DNA of 64,000 nucleotides from Spirochaetota bacterium (GTDB lineage Bacteria; Spirochaetota; UBA4802; JAFGJZ01): NCBI GenBank assembly GCA_035395685.1, contig DAOPBR010000004.1, positions 2,059 through 66,058 on the forward strand. The letters run 5' to 3'. The translations under genes were made by a program, and so were the position numbers. Each line of letters starts with the position of its first letter. The first letter of the stretch is position 1. Shown here in pieces: positions 8,760 to 19,654 of the stretch. The notes beneath the pieces were generated by a model. It was given only the letters and a program-made list of their open reading frames with translations, made no database searches and had not been told where the DNA came from.

Positions 8760-10883
8760 ATGTATTCTGAAAAAAATGCAATTGAAACGAGCGAAATTGA
8801 CTACAGCAGAATTGTGAAATTTCTCTATATACTTGTTCTTTCAGTCTCAATGCCTCTAATCGTTATGACCGCTCTTATTAATCCTGATAAATTATTACTT
8901 CCTCATAATATCATGTTTTCTGTTACCTATATTGCTGCATTAATATGTTTCACTTTTTTTAAAAAAATACCGAGAGATGTTCATTTCTATGTTATCGTCC
9001 TGAGTATTTTTTTAGCAGGAATAATATCCATTGCTGAATGGAAAACTTCAGGTTCGGGAATTATTCTGTTTATATCCGCAATTGTTATGTCGGCTTTCTT
9101 TTTGAAAATCAGAACAACTTTTATGTTTATGTGCACATCTGTCGCTGTTCAGATTCTTTTTATGTTTTTCCCTTCGAATAGTTTTGATATGCTGAGACTA
9201 GTTGTTTTATGTACTTATATTCTCTTTATGCTGGTTTTGGTAAAAACCGCCTATTTGTTCAGAAACGCGTACCTTGATGCCGTATTAAAGATTACCGGAA
9301 AAAATGAACGTCTTACTGTCATACATGAGAACCTTCTGGCTGAAAAAGAAAAATCCGCATTATTTGAGAGAGAGCTGGCCAGTCAAAAACAGTTTGTTGA
9401 GGATATTCTGAACAGTCTTCCGGGAATTTTTCTTTTGTATGATGTGAACGGAACTCCCGGGATTATAAAATGGAATAAGAACTTTGAAACATTGATCGGC
9501 TATAACTCCGATGAAATAAAAGGAAGGGTCATTGTTGACTGGATCGCTGATGAAAATAAAGAGGAAGCCGCTGAAATGGTGAGTAAAATTATTGAGGAAG
9601 GTGAAGGATTTTTTGAAGCCGATTTGAAAAGAAAAGACGGAACTGTTGTTCCATATTTTCTTACAGGCAAAATTATTGATATAAAGGGACAAAAATATCT
9701 TGTCGGAACTGGTTATGATATCAGCAGAAAAAAACAGCTCGAAGAATATTTCTATCAGAATCAGAAAATGGAAGCGCTCGGCAGTCTAGCCGGCGGAGTA
9801 GCTCATGACTTAAATAATATTCTCGGGGCCGTATTGGGATATTCTGAGCTTCTGTCATCGCAGGAAGATTTGTCGGAAGAATCGGCTGAATATGTTTCCG
9901 CTATAATTAAAGTCTGCAGCAGGGCGCAGGATTTTATCGGTCAGATAATGGCTCTCAGCAGAAAGACCGTTTCGAGGACTGAAGTGTTCAGTATAAAGAA
10001 ACTTGTAGAAGATTCGGCAGATTTTGTGAAGAGTTCTGTTCCTGACAATACTGTTTTGAAAATTGAATTACCGGAAGAAGATATCAATGTCGAGGCAGAT
10101 CCTGTTCAGATTAATCAGGTTATAATTAATCTCTTCAATAATTCTCTTTATGCTATGGAAAACAAAAACGGAGTTATCGGACTTTCTCTCTCAAGTATTA
10201 CCGCGAGTCCGGATAATCTGCTGGGGCTTGAGCCGGGCAGAGAATACGCCGAGATACGGATAAAAGATACGGGATGCGGAATAGCAAAAGAAATTTCATC
10301 CAGAATATTTGATCCGTTTTTTTCGACTAAACCGAAAGGAGAGGGCAGCGGAATGGGTTTATCTGTTGCTCTCGGGATAGCAAAAAAATTCAGAGGAAAT
10401 ATAATTTTTGAAAGCACTCCGAATGCCGGAAGTGATTTTTTTGTCTATCTTCCTGTCTCATATAAGGAAATATCTTCTTGTGCAGGTGCCGAAGGAAGAG
10501 GTTTTAAAAAGGGATCGCGGGAGAAAATAGCGCTGATTGACGACGAAAAAGATCTTCTTTTGACCGGCTCCGAGCTTTTGAAAAGAATGAATTATGAAGT
10601 TGATGTTTTTTCAAATGGAAAGGATGCTCTTACTGCTATAAGTAAAAATCCGGGGGAATATGCTCTCATTATAACCGACTATATGATGCCAGGTATGACC
10701 GGATACGATCTGGCGAAAGAGGTACTGTCTTTGTGTCCTTCCAAACCGATTATACTGGTTTCGGGATTCAGTGATAGTCTGGATGAGAAAAGTATCAAAG
10801 ACTGCGGAATAAAATATTACATGAGCAAGCCGTATTCAGCAAAAGTTCTATCTGATAAGATATGTGAACTTTTGAGTGCATAA
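8760..10883 (+). CDS. Hybrid sensor histidine kinase / response regulator (polytopic N-terminal membrane domain, PAS, HisKA, HATPase_c, C-terminal receiver)
   Basis: H-box AHDLNNILGAVLGYSELL, G-boxes, receiver IALIDDE...ITDYMMPGMTG. Confidence 0.85.
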   Translation: MYSEKNAIETSEIDYSRIVKFLYILVLSVSMPLIVMTALINPDKLLLPHNIMFSVTYIAALICFTFFKKIPRDVHFYVIVLSIFLAGIISIAEWKTSGSGIILFISAIVMSAFFLKIRTTFMFMCTSVAVQILFMFFPSNSFDMLRLVVLCTYILFMLVLVKTAYLFRNAYLDAVLKITGKNERLTVIHENLLAEKEKSALFERELASQKQFVEDILNSLPGIFLLYDVNGTPGIIKWNKNFETLIGYNSDEIKGRVIVDWIADENKEEAAEMVSKIIEEGEGFFEADLKRKDGTVVPYFLTGKIIDIKGQKYLVGTGYDISRKKQLEEYFYQNQKMEALGSLAGGVAHDLNNILGAVLGYSELLSSQEDLSEESAEYVSAIIKVCSRAQDFIGQIMALSRKTVSRTEVFSIKKLVEDSADFVKSSVPDNTVLKIELPEEDINVEADPVQINQVIINLFNNSLYAMENKNGVIGLSLSSITASPDNLLGLEPGREYAEIRIKDTGCGIAKEISSRIFDPFFSTKPKGEGSGMGLSVALGIAKKFRGNIIFESTPNAGSDFFVYLPVSYKEISSCAGAEGRGFKKGSREKIALIDDEKDLLLTGSELLKRMNYEVDVFSNGKDALTAISKNPGEYALIITDYMMPGMTGYDLAKEVLSLCPSKPIILVSGFSDSLDEKSIKDCGIKYYMSKPYSAKVLSDKICELLSA

Positions 10884-10909
10884 CGCAATTTCCTTGACTT
10901 AAAAATAAA

Positions 10910-10941
10910 CCCGATGGAAAAGATTTCATCGGGCTTATTTT
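10910..10941 (+). terminator. Rho-independent terminator after the kinase gene
   Basis: CCCGATGGAAA...TTTCATCGGG hairpin then T-rich tail. Confidence 0.65.
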
Positions 10942-10945
10942 ATAC

Positions 10946-12094
10946 ATGAGATTAATTCTAACATTTGTTTTTCTTACGTGTGCGGCAGTTTCAATTATTC
11001 CTGCAGATAATTCTGCTCTGCAATTCAGAATTCAGAAACTGAACGGAAAGGAATATGTTTCGCTTTATGAAATCTGCCGTGACGGTGAATTCGACCAGGG
11101 CATTGATCCTGTTCTCGGACGCGGAAAAATATATAAGAAAACTTATGTCGCGGTATATCAGATTGATTTGTCTGTAATTCTTGCCGGAAAAGAACTGATT
11201 AAGTCGGATTATCCCGTCAGGCGCGGGTCTGACGGTGAAGTTTTTATTCCGGCGGATTCGGCACGGCAAATACTAGAGATAATGCTCGAGAAAAATTTTT
11301 CGCGGCATGGTAATTATTTCAATGAAGATAAAGAACCAAAAACAGTCATTAAGAAGCCGGTCGATGATGATGATGTACATTATGAAGAAATTGATTTTAT
11401 TGTAATAGATGCCGGGCACGGCGGAAAAGATCCGGGGGCTGTCGGAAAGGGCGGCAGACGTGAAAAAGACATTACTCTTGCCGTTTGTAAAAGAATCCGT
11501 GATATTTTGAAACGTGAACTCAAGGGAGTCAACATCAGCCTTACAAGAAGCAAGGATATTTTTCTTGAGCTCGGAGAACGCACGGAAATAGCCAATAAGC
11601 TTTTGCGGAAAAGTAAAAACGGATTATTTATAAGCATTCATGTAAATGCTTCAATTTCGCCGAAGAGCAGCGGATTTGAAACTTATTATCTTTCAAGAGA
11701 TCCGACCACAGATGACGCAAGAGTAACGGCAACTCTCGAAAATAATGTAGTCATTCTCGAAACAAAGAAAAAACATCATTACGATGATATAGAATTTATC
11801 GAAGCTCTTATGCTTGCGGCACAGATTCAGAAGGAAAGTCATATCCTCGCGGAGTTTATTCAGAAGAATATGACTTCTGCGATGAAACAGTCTCATTCGA
11901 GGGGTGTAAAACGTGCTGACTTTTTCGTTCTGAGAGGCTCCCTTATGCCGGCGGTTCTTGTTGAAATCGGTTATATTACCAATAAGAAAGAGCTAAATCT
12001 TCTGATAACTCCAAATTATCAGGCAGTTGTTTCTAAAGCTGTTGCCGGAGGAATAACTTCTTTTGTAGCAGGATATAATAAACTGGTAAAATAG
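10946..12094 (+). CDS. amiC: N-acetylmuramoyl-L-alanine amidase (Amidase_3) with N-terminal AMIN-like domain, signal peptide
   Basis: IVIDAGHGGKDPGAVG and downstream Amidase_3 motifs; cleavable signal peptide. Confidence 0.8.
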   Translation: MRLILTFVFLTCAAVSIIPADNSALQFRIQKLNGKEYVSLYEICRDGEFDQGIDPVLGRGKIYKKTYVAVYQIDLSVILAGKELIKSDYPVRRGSDGEVFIPADSARQILEIMLEKNFSRHGNYFNEDKEPKTVIKKPVDDDDVHYEEIDFIVIDAGHGGKDPGAVGKGGRREKDITLAVCKRIRDILKRELKGVNISLTRSKDIFLELGERTEIANKLLRKSKNGLFISIHVNASISPKSSGFETYYLSRDPTTDDARVTATLENNVVILETKKKHHYDDIEFIEALMLAAQIQKESHILAEFIQKNMTSAMKQSHSRGVKRADFFVLRGSLMPAVLVEIGYITNKKELNLLITPNYQAVVSKAVAGGITSFVAGYNKLVK

Positions 12095-12179
12095 TTGATT
12101 CCTTTCGCTTCGGAGATATATTATTGACATCAACTGCTTAGAGTTTATTGGTGACAAAAGAGTTTAACTGGAGATTTAT

Positions 12180-13673
12180 ATGAAAAAAGACGGATGGTCT
12201 GCCGAGGAGATTTTTTCATCCCCTAATTCACTGACATACAACGACCTTATCATACTGCCGGGATATATTGATTTTGCACCTGCGGATGTTGATCTTGATA
12301 CCAGATTAACGCGAAACCTGTCGATTAAACGCCCATTTGTGTCAAGTCCGATGGATACTGTTACCGAGGGGCGTATGGCTATTGCAATGGCTCTCAACGG
12401 CGGCATAGGGATAATTCATAGCAATAATACCCCTGACGAACAGGCGGAAGAAGTCCGTAAGGTAAAAAGATATGAAAACGGTTTTATTACCGATCCGATA
12501 TGTCTTTCTCCTGAAAATACAATTTCTGATATTCTTAATATTAAAGCTCAATATGGGTTTTCGGGTATTCCGATAACCGAGAACGGAAAAATGGGTTCGA
12601 AGCTGGTCGGAATCGTAACTAACCGTGATATCGATTTTGAAAAAGATCCTTCAAAAAAGCTTAAAGAAGTTATGACTAAAGATCTTCTTACTGCGCATAA
12701 GAATATTTCTCTCAGTGAAGCAAACGACGTTCTGCGTGAATCAAAAAAAGGAAAACTCCCGATTGTTGATGATAAAGGCAGTTTGGTTTCGCTGATGTCA
12801 AGAAACGATTTGCTTAAGAACAGAGAGTTTCCTAACGCGTCAAAAGATAAGAACAAACAGCTTCTTGTCGGTGCTTCGATTTCTACTCACACAGAAAGTT
12901 ATGAGCGTCTTGATTTGCTTGTTAAAGCAGGTGTAAATGTAATCGTAATAGATTCGGCTCAGGGAAATTCTCTTTATCAGGTTGAAATGATAAAGTATAT
13001 CAAAAGCAAATATCCGGAAATAGATATTATTGCCGGAAATGTTGTTACATCCGAGCAGGCTCTTAATCTCATAAAAGCAGGAGCTGACGCTCTTCGTGTT
13101 GGAATGGGGCCGGGTTCGATTTGTACAACTCAGGTTACAATGGCATGCGGAAGATCGCAGGGTACAGCTGTTTTTCATGTATCACGTGAGGCGCGCAAGC
13201 ATGGAATTCCTGTTATTGCTGACGGTGGAATTTCGAGCACTGGTCATATTGCAAAAGCTCTGGCTTTAGGAGCATCATGCGGAATGATGGGTGGTCTTTT
13301 CGCCGGAACTTTGGAAGCACCCGGTGAATACTATTACGAAAACGGAATGCGTTTGAAAAAATACAGAGGAATGGCTTCTCCTGAGGCGATGCAGAGAGGC
13401 GGCGCAAAACGTTATTTCGCAGAAGACACAAAGATAAAAGTTGCACAGGGAGTTTCCGGTGCAGTTTTGGATAAAGGTTCGATAATGGATTATCTTCCAT
13501 ATCTGACACAGGGACTTCGTCATTCTTTTCAGGATATCGGAGTCAAAACTATTAAGGATCTTCATGAAAAGCTCTACAGCAATGATCTTCGTTTTGAAGT
13601 CAGATCTGTTGCCGCTCAGATAGAAGGAAATGTACACGATCTTTATTCTTATGCAGAACCAAAGTATAAATAA
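12180..13673 (+). CDS. guaB: Inosine-5'-monophosphate dehydrogenase
   Basis: GIGIIHSN, tandem CBS region, catalytic loop [11 protein letters not shown]. Confidence 0.95.
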   Translation: MKKDGWSAEEIFSSPNSLTYNDLIILPGYIDFAPADVDLDTRLTRNLSIKRPFVSSPMDTVTEGRMAIAMALNGGIGIIHSNNTPDEQAEEVRKVKRYENGFITDPICLSPENTISDILNIKAQYGFSGIPITENGKMGSKLVGIVTNRDIDFEKDPSKKLKEVMTKDLLTAHKNISLSEANDVLRESKKGKLPIVDDKGSLVSLMSRNDLLKNREFPNASKDKNKQLLVGASISTHTESYERLDLLVKAGVNVIVIDSAQGNSLYQVEMIKYIKSKYPEIDIIAGNVVTSEQALNLIKAGADALRVGMGPGSICTTQVTMACGRSQGTAVFHVSREARKHGIPVIADGGISSTGHIAKALALGASCGMMGGLFAGTLEAPGEYYYENGMRLKKYRGMASPEAMQRGGAKRYFAEDTKIKVAQGVSGAVLDKGSIMDYLPYLTQGLRHSFQDIGVKTIKDLHEKLYSNDLRFEVRSVAAQIEGNVHDLYSYAEPKYK

Positions 13674-13687
13674 TTAATAGGATTCAG

Positions 13688-14782
13688 ATGGAAATTAACG
13701 ATACGACTGATAAAATTGAATACGGTACTTTTGAGGCAACCGTTGAAAGAAGTAAAAGAATCGAAGAAGATCTTCTTGTCAATCCCGGAAAATACAGGGT
13801 TCTTACAGGTGACCGCCCAACTGGGAGACTTCATATAGGTCATTTGTTCGGTTCCCTTCAGAACCGTGTCAGGATTCATAATCTTGGTGTTTCAACATAC
13901 ATCGTAATTGCGGACTATCAGGTTCTGACTGACCGCGATACTTTTGAAAATATTTCAGAAAATGTAAAACAGCTTGTTATTGATTATATTGCTTCAGGTC
14001 TTAACCCTGAAAAGGGAAATCTCGTTATTTTTCCTCACAGCCATATCCCGGAACTTAATCAGCTGGTTCTTCCTTTTCTAACTCTTGTTACGAATGCCGA
14101 GCTTGACAGAAATCCGACTGTTAAAGAAGAGATTCAGGCGGCCGGATTAAAAAGAATCAATGCCGGCATGTATATGTATCCAGTTCATCAGGCGGCTGAT
14201 ATTCTTTTCTGCAAAGGAAATCTTGTTCCTGTCGGAAAGGATCAGCTTCCGCATCTTGAACTGACAAGAACTATCGCGAGAAGATTTAATGACCGCTTTG
14301 CAAAGAAACAATCGGTTTTCCCTGAACCTCAGCCGCTCTTGAGCAAGGCTCCAGTAATTCTCGGACTTGACGGTTCGCAGAAGATGAGCAAGAGCCGAAA
14401 TAACGCAGTTATGCTCAGCGCGACTGAAGATGAAACAACCGCTCTAATAAAAAAAGCTAAGACTGATTCTGAAAGAGTTATAACTTTTGATCCGGATAAA
14501 CGTCCGGAAGTCTCGAATCTTCTTCTTTTGATCTCGCTATCTACCGGAGAAAGTCCGGAAGCTATTGCAGAAAAAATCGGAGACGGCGGAAGCGGCAGAT
14601 TGAAGTCAATGCTTTCGGAAACACTTAATGAATATCTTCGTCCAATTAGGGCAAAACGGGCCGAACTTGAAAAGAACCCGGATTATATTAAGGATGTTCT
14701 TCGGAAAGGAATTGCCGACGCCAGAAAGACTGCAGAAGAAACGCTTTCGGAAGTCCGAAAAGTTATGAATATGGAAATATAG
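13688..14782 (+). CDS. trpS: Tryptophan--tRNA ligase (long form)
   Basis: TGDRPTGRLHIGH (HIGH) and KMSKSRNN (KMSKS) motifs. Confidence 0.9.
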   Translation: MEINDTTDKIEYGTFEATVERSKRIEEDLLVNPGKYRVLTGDRPTGRLHIGHLFGSLQNRVRIHNLGVSTYIVIADYQVLTDRDTFENISENVKQLVIDYIASGLNPEKGNLVIFPHSHIPELNQLVLPFLTLVTNAELDRNPTVKEEIQAAGLKRINAGMYMYPVHQAADILFCKGNLVPVGKDQLPHLELTRTIARRFNDRFAKKQSVFPEPQPLLSKAPVILGLDGSQKMSKSRNNAVMLSATEDETTALIKKAKTDSERVITFDPDKRPEVSNLLLLISLSTGESPEAIAEKIGDGGSGRLKSMLSETLNEYLRPIRAKRAELEKNPDYIKDVLRKGIADARKTAEETLSEVRKVMNMEI

Positions 14783-14785
14783 AAA

Positions 14786-14820
14786 TAAACCCGCAGATAC
14801 ACTGCGGGTTTATTATTTTC
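14786..14820. terminator. Bidirectional rho-independent terminator shared by trpS (+) and the 14819-15616 gene (-)
   Basis: ACCCGCAG-atacact-CTGCGGGT hairpin flanked by A-run and T-run. Confidence 0.7.
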
Positions 14821-15616
14821 AGTCATTGCTCTTAAAGAAGAAAACGTCAGCGCTTCCGCCGTCATCATCCTTGTTGTCTTTTCCATCTTGATTTCTGGAA
14901 GAATTAATTCTTTTAACTCTTTTTCTCACAGATTCTCTTGCTTTAACATCCCCGGAATCAATTTTAGAAAACATTTCTTTGTTTTCCTGCGTTACTTCCT
15001 TCATTTCTGAATCTTTTTTGAGTGCAACTGCCTTGTCTTTGTCTATATCGCTTTTTTTAATTTTCTGTGTTTTAGAAACCTCTGCGCGTTCATTCTCTTC
15101 TACTACAACAGGTTTTGATTTCGGTGATGAAACTTCGACTTTGCCGTCAATACAGCTGACGGATGATGATTTTTTATCATGCGATACGAAAAATGTTGTT
15201 CCGCGGACAGCGGCTGTGCAGGTCGGCGTATTGATTTGAAAATTATCTTTTTTCATCAGCTTGTTTTTTACAATCCCCATTACTCTGCCTTTTTCAAGCT
15301 TGAATATGGTGTTGTCTGAATTCGCGTCTAAATCATGTAAAAGAACATCAACCGAAACGATGCTGTCTCCGAAAAGTTTAATGGCGTTCTCTGCTATGTA
15401 AATCTCGCAGATTGAATCTTTCCCGACGGTTTTGATTTTCATTCCGGAATCGAGCGGAAGACCCGCTTTAGCAGTTATTTCTGTTCCGTCTTTGCCGATT
15501 AAATAAACTTTTCCTACAATGAAATTAACAAGACCGATTTTAAAAGGCTTAGTCTCGTTTTTTGAGCAGGCAGAAAGAGCAAACAAAAGGCAAATCGCCG
15601 CTACCCCTTTTTTCAT
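14819..15616 (-). CDS. FecR-domain lipoprotein with Lys/Asp-rich C-terminal tail
   Basis: Lipobox LSACS; NTPTCTAAVRGTTFFVS resembles FecR family core. Confidence 0.55.
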   Translation of the reverse strand: MKKGVAAICLLFALSACSKNETKPFKIGLVNFIVGKVYLIGKDGTEITAKAGLPLDSGMKIKTVGKDSICEIYIAENAIKLFGDSIVSVDVLLHDLDANSDNTIFKLEKGRVMGIVKNKLMKKDNFQINTPTCTAAVRGTTFFVSHDKKSSSVSCIDGKVEVSSPKSKPVVVEENERAEVSKTQKIKKSDIDKDKAVALKKDSEMKEVTQENKEMFSKIDSGDVKARESVRKRVKRINSSRNQDGKDNKDDDGGSADVFFFKSND

Positions 15617-15859
15617 TGAACCCCCAATAATATTTTTGAATTTTATATTTTTTGTTAATCTGAGACTATGTTTTGTCTTTTGTCAAGTCATCCTTTAATA
15701 ACTCTGCGGATAACTTAATGAGATAAGATTTATGAGTATAACAGTAGAATGAATAAAATTTACTATTTGGTTAGTTATAATGAATGTAAATCAGAGGCTT
15801 ATTCATATAGTAAAAGATTTGTTGACAAAAACAACATCGGAAGACTTTCATTAAGAAAA

Positions 15860-15943
15860 GCCGCGATGGTGAAATTGGTATACACGCCAGATTCAGGTTC
15901 TGGTGGGGGTTTCCCTGTGAGGGTTCGAGTCCCTCTCGCGGCA
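15860..15943 (+). tRNA. tRNA-Leu (anticodon CAG), type II with long variable arm
   Basis: Hand-folded: 7-bp acceptor GCCGCGA/TCGCGGC, T8, A14, G18G19, 3-bp D stem, anticodon loop tTCAGGt, T-arm GAGGG-TTCGAGT-CCCTC, discriminator A; no encoded CCA. Confidence 0.85.
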
Positions 15944-15963
15944 AAGTTTTTCCAGGAGCTATT

Positions 15964-16572
15964 TTGTCTGATATTAGTTTCCGTGACTCTAATTTTCAAA
16001 TAGCAATGATAGCCTATTCCGCTATAGAATCCAGAATAAGTCCCTCTTCTGTTTCATTCAGTTTTTTCGAGTGTCTTAAAATTCTTTCAATGAAATGCGG
16101 AATTGCCGAAGATAAAACTCAAAAATTGTGTGTCAGCGCAGCTTTTCATGATATCGGAATGGTTCTTCTCCCGGATTCAATAGTATGTCATGAAGGCGTA
16201 TATTCTCCGAAAGACAAAGATGCCGTTTTCGATCATACTCTTAACGGACGGGACATGATTCTTGACGCCGGAGGAGATTTGTCAGGTTTTGCCGCTGAAA
16301 TTGCTTTGACCCATCATGAAAATTATGACGGAACCGGCTATCCATACGGAATTAAAGGAAATGAGATACCTTTTTATTCAAGGATAGTATCTGTTGCCGA
16401 TTGTTTTGATGCCATGTGTTCTGACAGATTCTATCGCAAGGCTTTTTCTCCGGAAGATGCGTTTAATCTCATTCTTGCGGAAAGAGGCCGTAAATACGAT
16501 CCTGAAATTCTTGACAATTTAGGACTTTGTTTTGATAAACTAACTGAGATTTATTTAAACGGCAATTTATGA
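15964..16572 (+). CDS. HD-GYP domain phosphodiesterase (stand-alone, no sensor or receiver domain); true start probably an internal Met
   Basis: HDIGMV...HHENYDGTGYP motif; ORF begins 20 nt after the tRNA so 5' end is uncertain. Confidence 0.75.
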   Translation: MSDISFRDSNFQIAMIAYSAIESRISPSSVSFSFFECLKILSMKCGIAEDKTQKLCVSAAFHDIGMVLLPDSIVCHEGVYSPKDKDAVFDHTLNGRDMILDAGGDLSGFAAEIALTHHENYDGTGYPYGIKGNEIPFYSRIVSVADCFDAMCSDRFYRKAFSPEDAFNLILAERGRKYDPEILDNLGLCFDKLTEIYLNGNL

Positions 16573-16664
16573 AAAATTTGCCGAAATTATATGTATAATG
16601 AATATCCGTTTATTGTTTTTTTACAGGTTCTGGGTAAAACGGGAATGTTCAGAAGGAATTAAAA

Positions 16665-17405
16665 ATGAGTTTTATAAAACTGAATAAAGCATGGATTCCG
16701 AATTCAATTACCATGGGTAATCTTCTGTTCGGATTTCTTTCAATAATATTTGCATCATCCGGTCATTATGAAAGAGCCGGAATGTGTATTCTTTTTGCAG
16801 CACTCCTTGACGGATTTGACGGTCAGGTCGCCCGAATGCTTGGAGTATCGAGCAAAATAGGAGCTGAACTTGATTCCCTTGCTGATTGTGTTGCCTTCGG
16901 AATTGCGCCGGGGTTTCTGGCATATTCGGCATATTTCCGAAAAATAGCACTCAATATCAATCTGGAACAGCATATTGTTTTAGGTATGTTTATTGCCGCC
17001 ATTTTTCCTCTTTGTGCAGCTTACCGCCTGGCGCGTTTTAATGTTTCTCACGAATCAAATTCTTTTTCGGGTCTACCGTCTCCTATTGCGGGTATAATAA
17101 TTGCTCTTATACCGATATCATTTTCAGATACAGATTATATTCAGAGATTTCTTCCGGTATTTGCCGTATTTTTTGTTCTTGTAGCTCTTCTTATGGTTTC
17201 AACCGTAAAATTTTCAAAGCCTCAGGCAAGTGTTCTAAAGAAGATTCACGGTGTTAAACTCATTCTTCTGATTCTCATTGTCATCGGAATGTCAATACTC
17301 CTGAAAAAATGGATTCTTTTTATTTTTATCGGGCTGATTGTAATTTATATTTTTTCCGGCCTTTACAGCTTTCTCATACAGTTGATTCAGGATAGAAAGT
17401 ATTAG
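16665..17405 (+). CDS. pssA: CDP-alcohol phosphatidyltransferase, probably CDP-diacylglycerol--serine O-phosphatidyltransferase
   Basis: DGFDGQVARMLG...GAELDSLAD motif; size and TM layout like small PssA. Confidence 0.7.
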   Translation: MSFIKLNKAWIPNSITMGNLLFGFLSIIFASSGHYERAGMCILFAALLDGFDGQVARMLGVSSKIGAELDSLADCVAFGIAPGFLAYSAYFRKIALNINLEQHIVLGMFIAAIFPLCAAYRLARFNVSHESNSFSGLPSPIAGIIIALIPISFSDTDYIQRFLPVFAVFFVLVALLMVSTVKFSKPQASVLKKIHGVKLILLILIVIGMSILLKKWILFIFIGLIVIYIFSGLYSFLIQLIQDRKY

Positions 17406-17416
17406 ACAGATTTATC

Positions 17417-17872
17417 TTGAGAATTTTTGTTGATGCTGATGCGGTTCCGTCAGCTGTGAGGGAAATGTTATTCCGTGCAGCTGACAGAGTAGGGGTTGGT
17501 GTTATACTTGTTGCAAATATCCCTCTAAAAATTCCGGAATCAGTTTATATCTCAGGAGTTGTTGTTTCTTCTTTTCCTGATGCAGCCGATGACTACATTG
17601 CTTCAGAGGTTTCGGCTGGAGAACTTGTTATCACTTCTGATGTTCCTCTTGCATCCCGGGTTGTGGAAAAGAATTCATTTGTCATAGATTTCCGGGGAAA
17701 TTTAATAACAGATAGAAACATTCATGAAAGACTCGCGGTACGCAATTTGATGGATGAATTGAGGCAGGCTGGAGAAAGTACTGACCGACCGTCATTTTTC
17801 AGCGAAAGAGATAAAAGAAATTTCGCTAATCAGCTGGACGTTTTTCTTTCTAAACATTGCAGAAAAATATAA
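17417..17872 (+). CDS. UPF0178 / YaiI (DUF188) family protein
   Basis: MRIFVDADAVP... N-terminus and overall similarity to YaiI/YqxD. Confidence 0.7.
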   Translation: MRIFVDADAVPSAVREMLFRAADRVGVGVILVANIPLKIPESVYISGVVVSSFPDAADDYIASEVSAGELVITSDVPLASRVVEKNSFVIDFRGNLITDRNIHERLAVRNLMDELRQAGESTDRPSFFSERDKRNFANQLDVFLSKHCRKI

Positions 17873-17924
17873 GACAGAACGTTTTCTTCCAATTCAGAAT
17901 AATCATAAAAAGGGATAATAATTT

Positions 17925-18119
17925 ATGCAGGGAAATACGCGAAAATCAATTCATCCGGGAATGAAAGTGGGAATAGTTTTAAAAAAGGACCAAAAAACAG
18001 GTGTTATAACCGAAGGATGTGTTAAGCGGATTCTTACTAATTCGCCCGAACACCCTCACGGTATTAAGGTTGAACTTGAGTCGGGTGCTATCGGCAGAGT
18101 CAAACAAATACTTTCTTGA
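17925..18119 (+). CDS. YwbE-family small protein (DUF2196)
   Basis: 64-aa ORF, GxVKRILT..HPHGIKV motif; good RBS context. Confidence 0.55.
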   Translation: MQGNTRKSIHPGMKVGIVLKKDQKTGVITEGCVKRILTNSPEHPHGIKVELESGAIGRVKQILS

Positions 18120-18178
18120 GAATCATGTAATCCTTATATAATGCTTGGTTCTACCGGTTAAATTTCCGATAATTAAGC

Positions 18179-19654
18179 ATGAATCAAATCAGTTTCAGTA
18201 CAAATGCCGCTAAAAGCGGCAGGATGACATTGTCTGTTATTAGTGAAGACGGACATGAAGTATTTATTCACAGTAGAATTCATCCGGAAAATGATAAATC
18301 TGTTTCATTATCTGAAGATTTTTCAGGATGTGTGATTCTTCTCGGTTTGGGTCTCGGATATCATGTAATGAACCTGAATGCTGAAAAAATTAAAGAACTG
18401 ATTGTTGTTGAAATTTCTGAAGAAATCGCACAAATAGGTAAGGATATTGTTTTAGAAAACAGTTCGCAAAAAGCCAAGATTAATTTTGTTTCTCCGGAAT
18501 CAAAAGAATTTTCAGATAAATTTTGGGAACAGCTGATAAATATTGAGACTTCATCGTCGTTTGTTATTCTTGAACATCCTGCCTCAGTTAGAGCTTTCCC
18601 TTCATATTATACAAAAGCAAGAGAAACATTGAGTTCTTATATCTCAAAAAAAGCCTCTGATACTCTCACCATAAAAAAGTTCGGCATTTTATATTTTAAA
18701 AACATTTTAAATAACATGGATTCCTTTGTTTCTTCGTCTTCAATTGAGTGCTTCAAAGATAAATTTAATGAATATGAAGCAGTTATTGTTTCTTCCGGCC
18801 CATCCATTGACTTATATGCAGAGAAAATTAAAAATATTGAAAGTAAAGTTTTTGTTATTGCCGTCGATTCTGCTCTTCCTGTTTTGGCGGAAAATAAAAT
18901 AGAACCTGATTTTGTTGTTTCAATAGATCCTCAAGCTTATACATGGGAGCATCTTAATTTAATAAAATCATCAACTATATTGATACAGTCGCTTACCGCA
19001 TATGATGCCGTAAAAACTGATCATCAGTATTTCTATCTTAATTCGCATCCTTTGTGTCAGATAATAGATCATCTTTTCGATGTAGAAAACATTGATTCAA
19101 AATGCGGAAATGTCGCCGGAGATGCTATTCATTTTGCAAAATACTGCGGATTCAGAAAAACATATATTACAGGAATTGATTCATCTTTTCCGTTTCATGA
19201 GATTTATTCAAGATCAAGTTCGTATCAGAAAAGATTTTTATTCAGATCATCACGGCTGAATACATTGGAGAAACAGAACTCGGATTACATTTTTAAAAAT
19301 TCATCAAATTATAAAATCGGTGGAATTAATACCCGGAAATCATTTATAAATTATAAAAATGCTATTGAAAAAATGCTGGATGATAAGTTTGTTCATATAA
19401 GCAAGTATTCTCTGCCTCTGAAAAACTGTGTGTTGTCTGATGAAATAGAAATTACATCTTATGAATCTGATAAAAGAAAAATGTTGAACAACATAGTCAA
19501 ATCGGGTAATATCCTGAATATTTCTAAGAAGAAATTAAATGATTTTGTAATGCAGAAGGAAGTGCGGGAAGAATTATTTGAGCAGTCCTTATCCGGCTGC
19601 AGTGAAGCACATACGAAAAAATTATTGGAGCTTATGAAATGCGTGTTGGTGTAA
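18179..19654 (+). CDS. DUF115 / MptE-like (motility-accessory-factor-like) protein
   Basis: VIVSSGPSID...FVIAVDSALPVLAENKIEPDFVVSIDPQ core typical of DUF115/Maf family. Confidence 0.6.
   Translation: MNQISFSTNAAKSGRMTLSVISEDGHEVFIHSRIHPENDKSVSLSEDFSGCVILLGLGLGYHVMNLNAEKIKELIVVEISEEIAQIGKDIVLENSSQKAKINFVSPESKEFSDKFWEQLINIETSSSFVILEHPASVRAFPSYYTKARETLSSYISKKASDTLTIKKFGILYFKNILNNMDSFVSSSSIECFKDKFNEYEAVIVSSGPSIDLYAEKIKNIESKVFVIAVDSALPVLAENKIEPDFVVSIDPQAYTWEHLNLIKSSTILIQSLTAYDAVKTDHQYFYLNSHPLCQIIDHLFDVENIDSKCGNVAGDAIHFAKYCGFRKTYITGIDSSFPFHEIYSRSSSYQKRFLFRSSRLNTLEKQNSDYIFKNSSNYKIGGINTRKSFINYKNAIEKMLDDKFVHISKYSLPLKNCVLSDEIEITSYESDKRKMLNNIVKSGNILNISKKKLNDFVMQKEVREELFEQSLSGCSEAHTKKLLELMKCVLV

Noticed and set aside
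12095-12179. Possible purine riboswitch or promoter upstream of guaB
   Set aside because: Only a TTGACA hexamer with a poor -10 and no recognisable riboswitch core; insufficient evidence.
15749-16003. ORFs 15749-16003 (+) and 15799-15999 (-)
   Set aside because: Both span the tRNA-Leu(CAG) at 15860-15943; artefacts of reading through a structured RNA.
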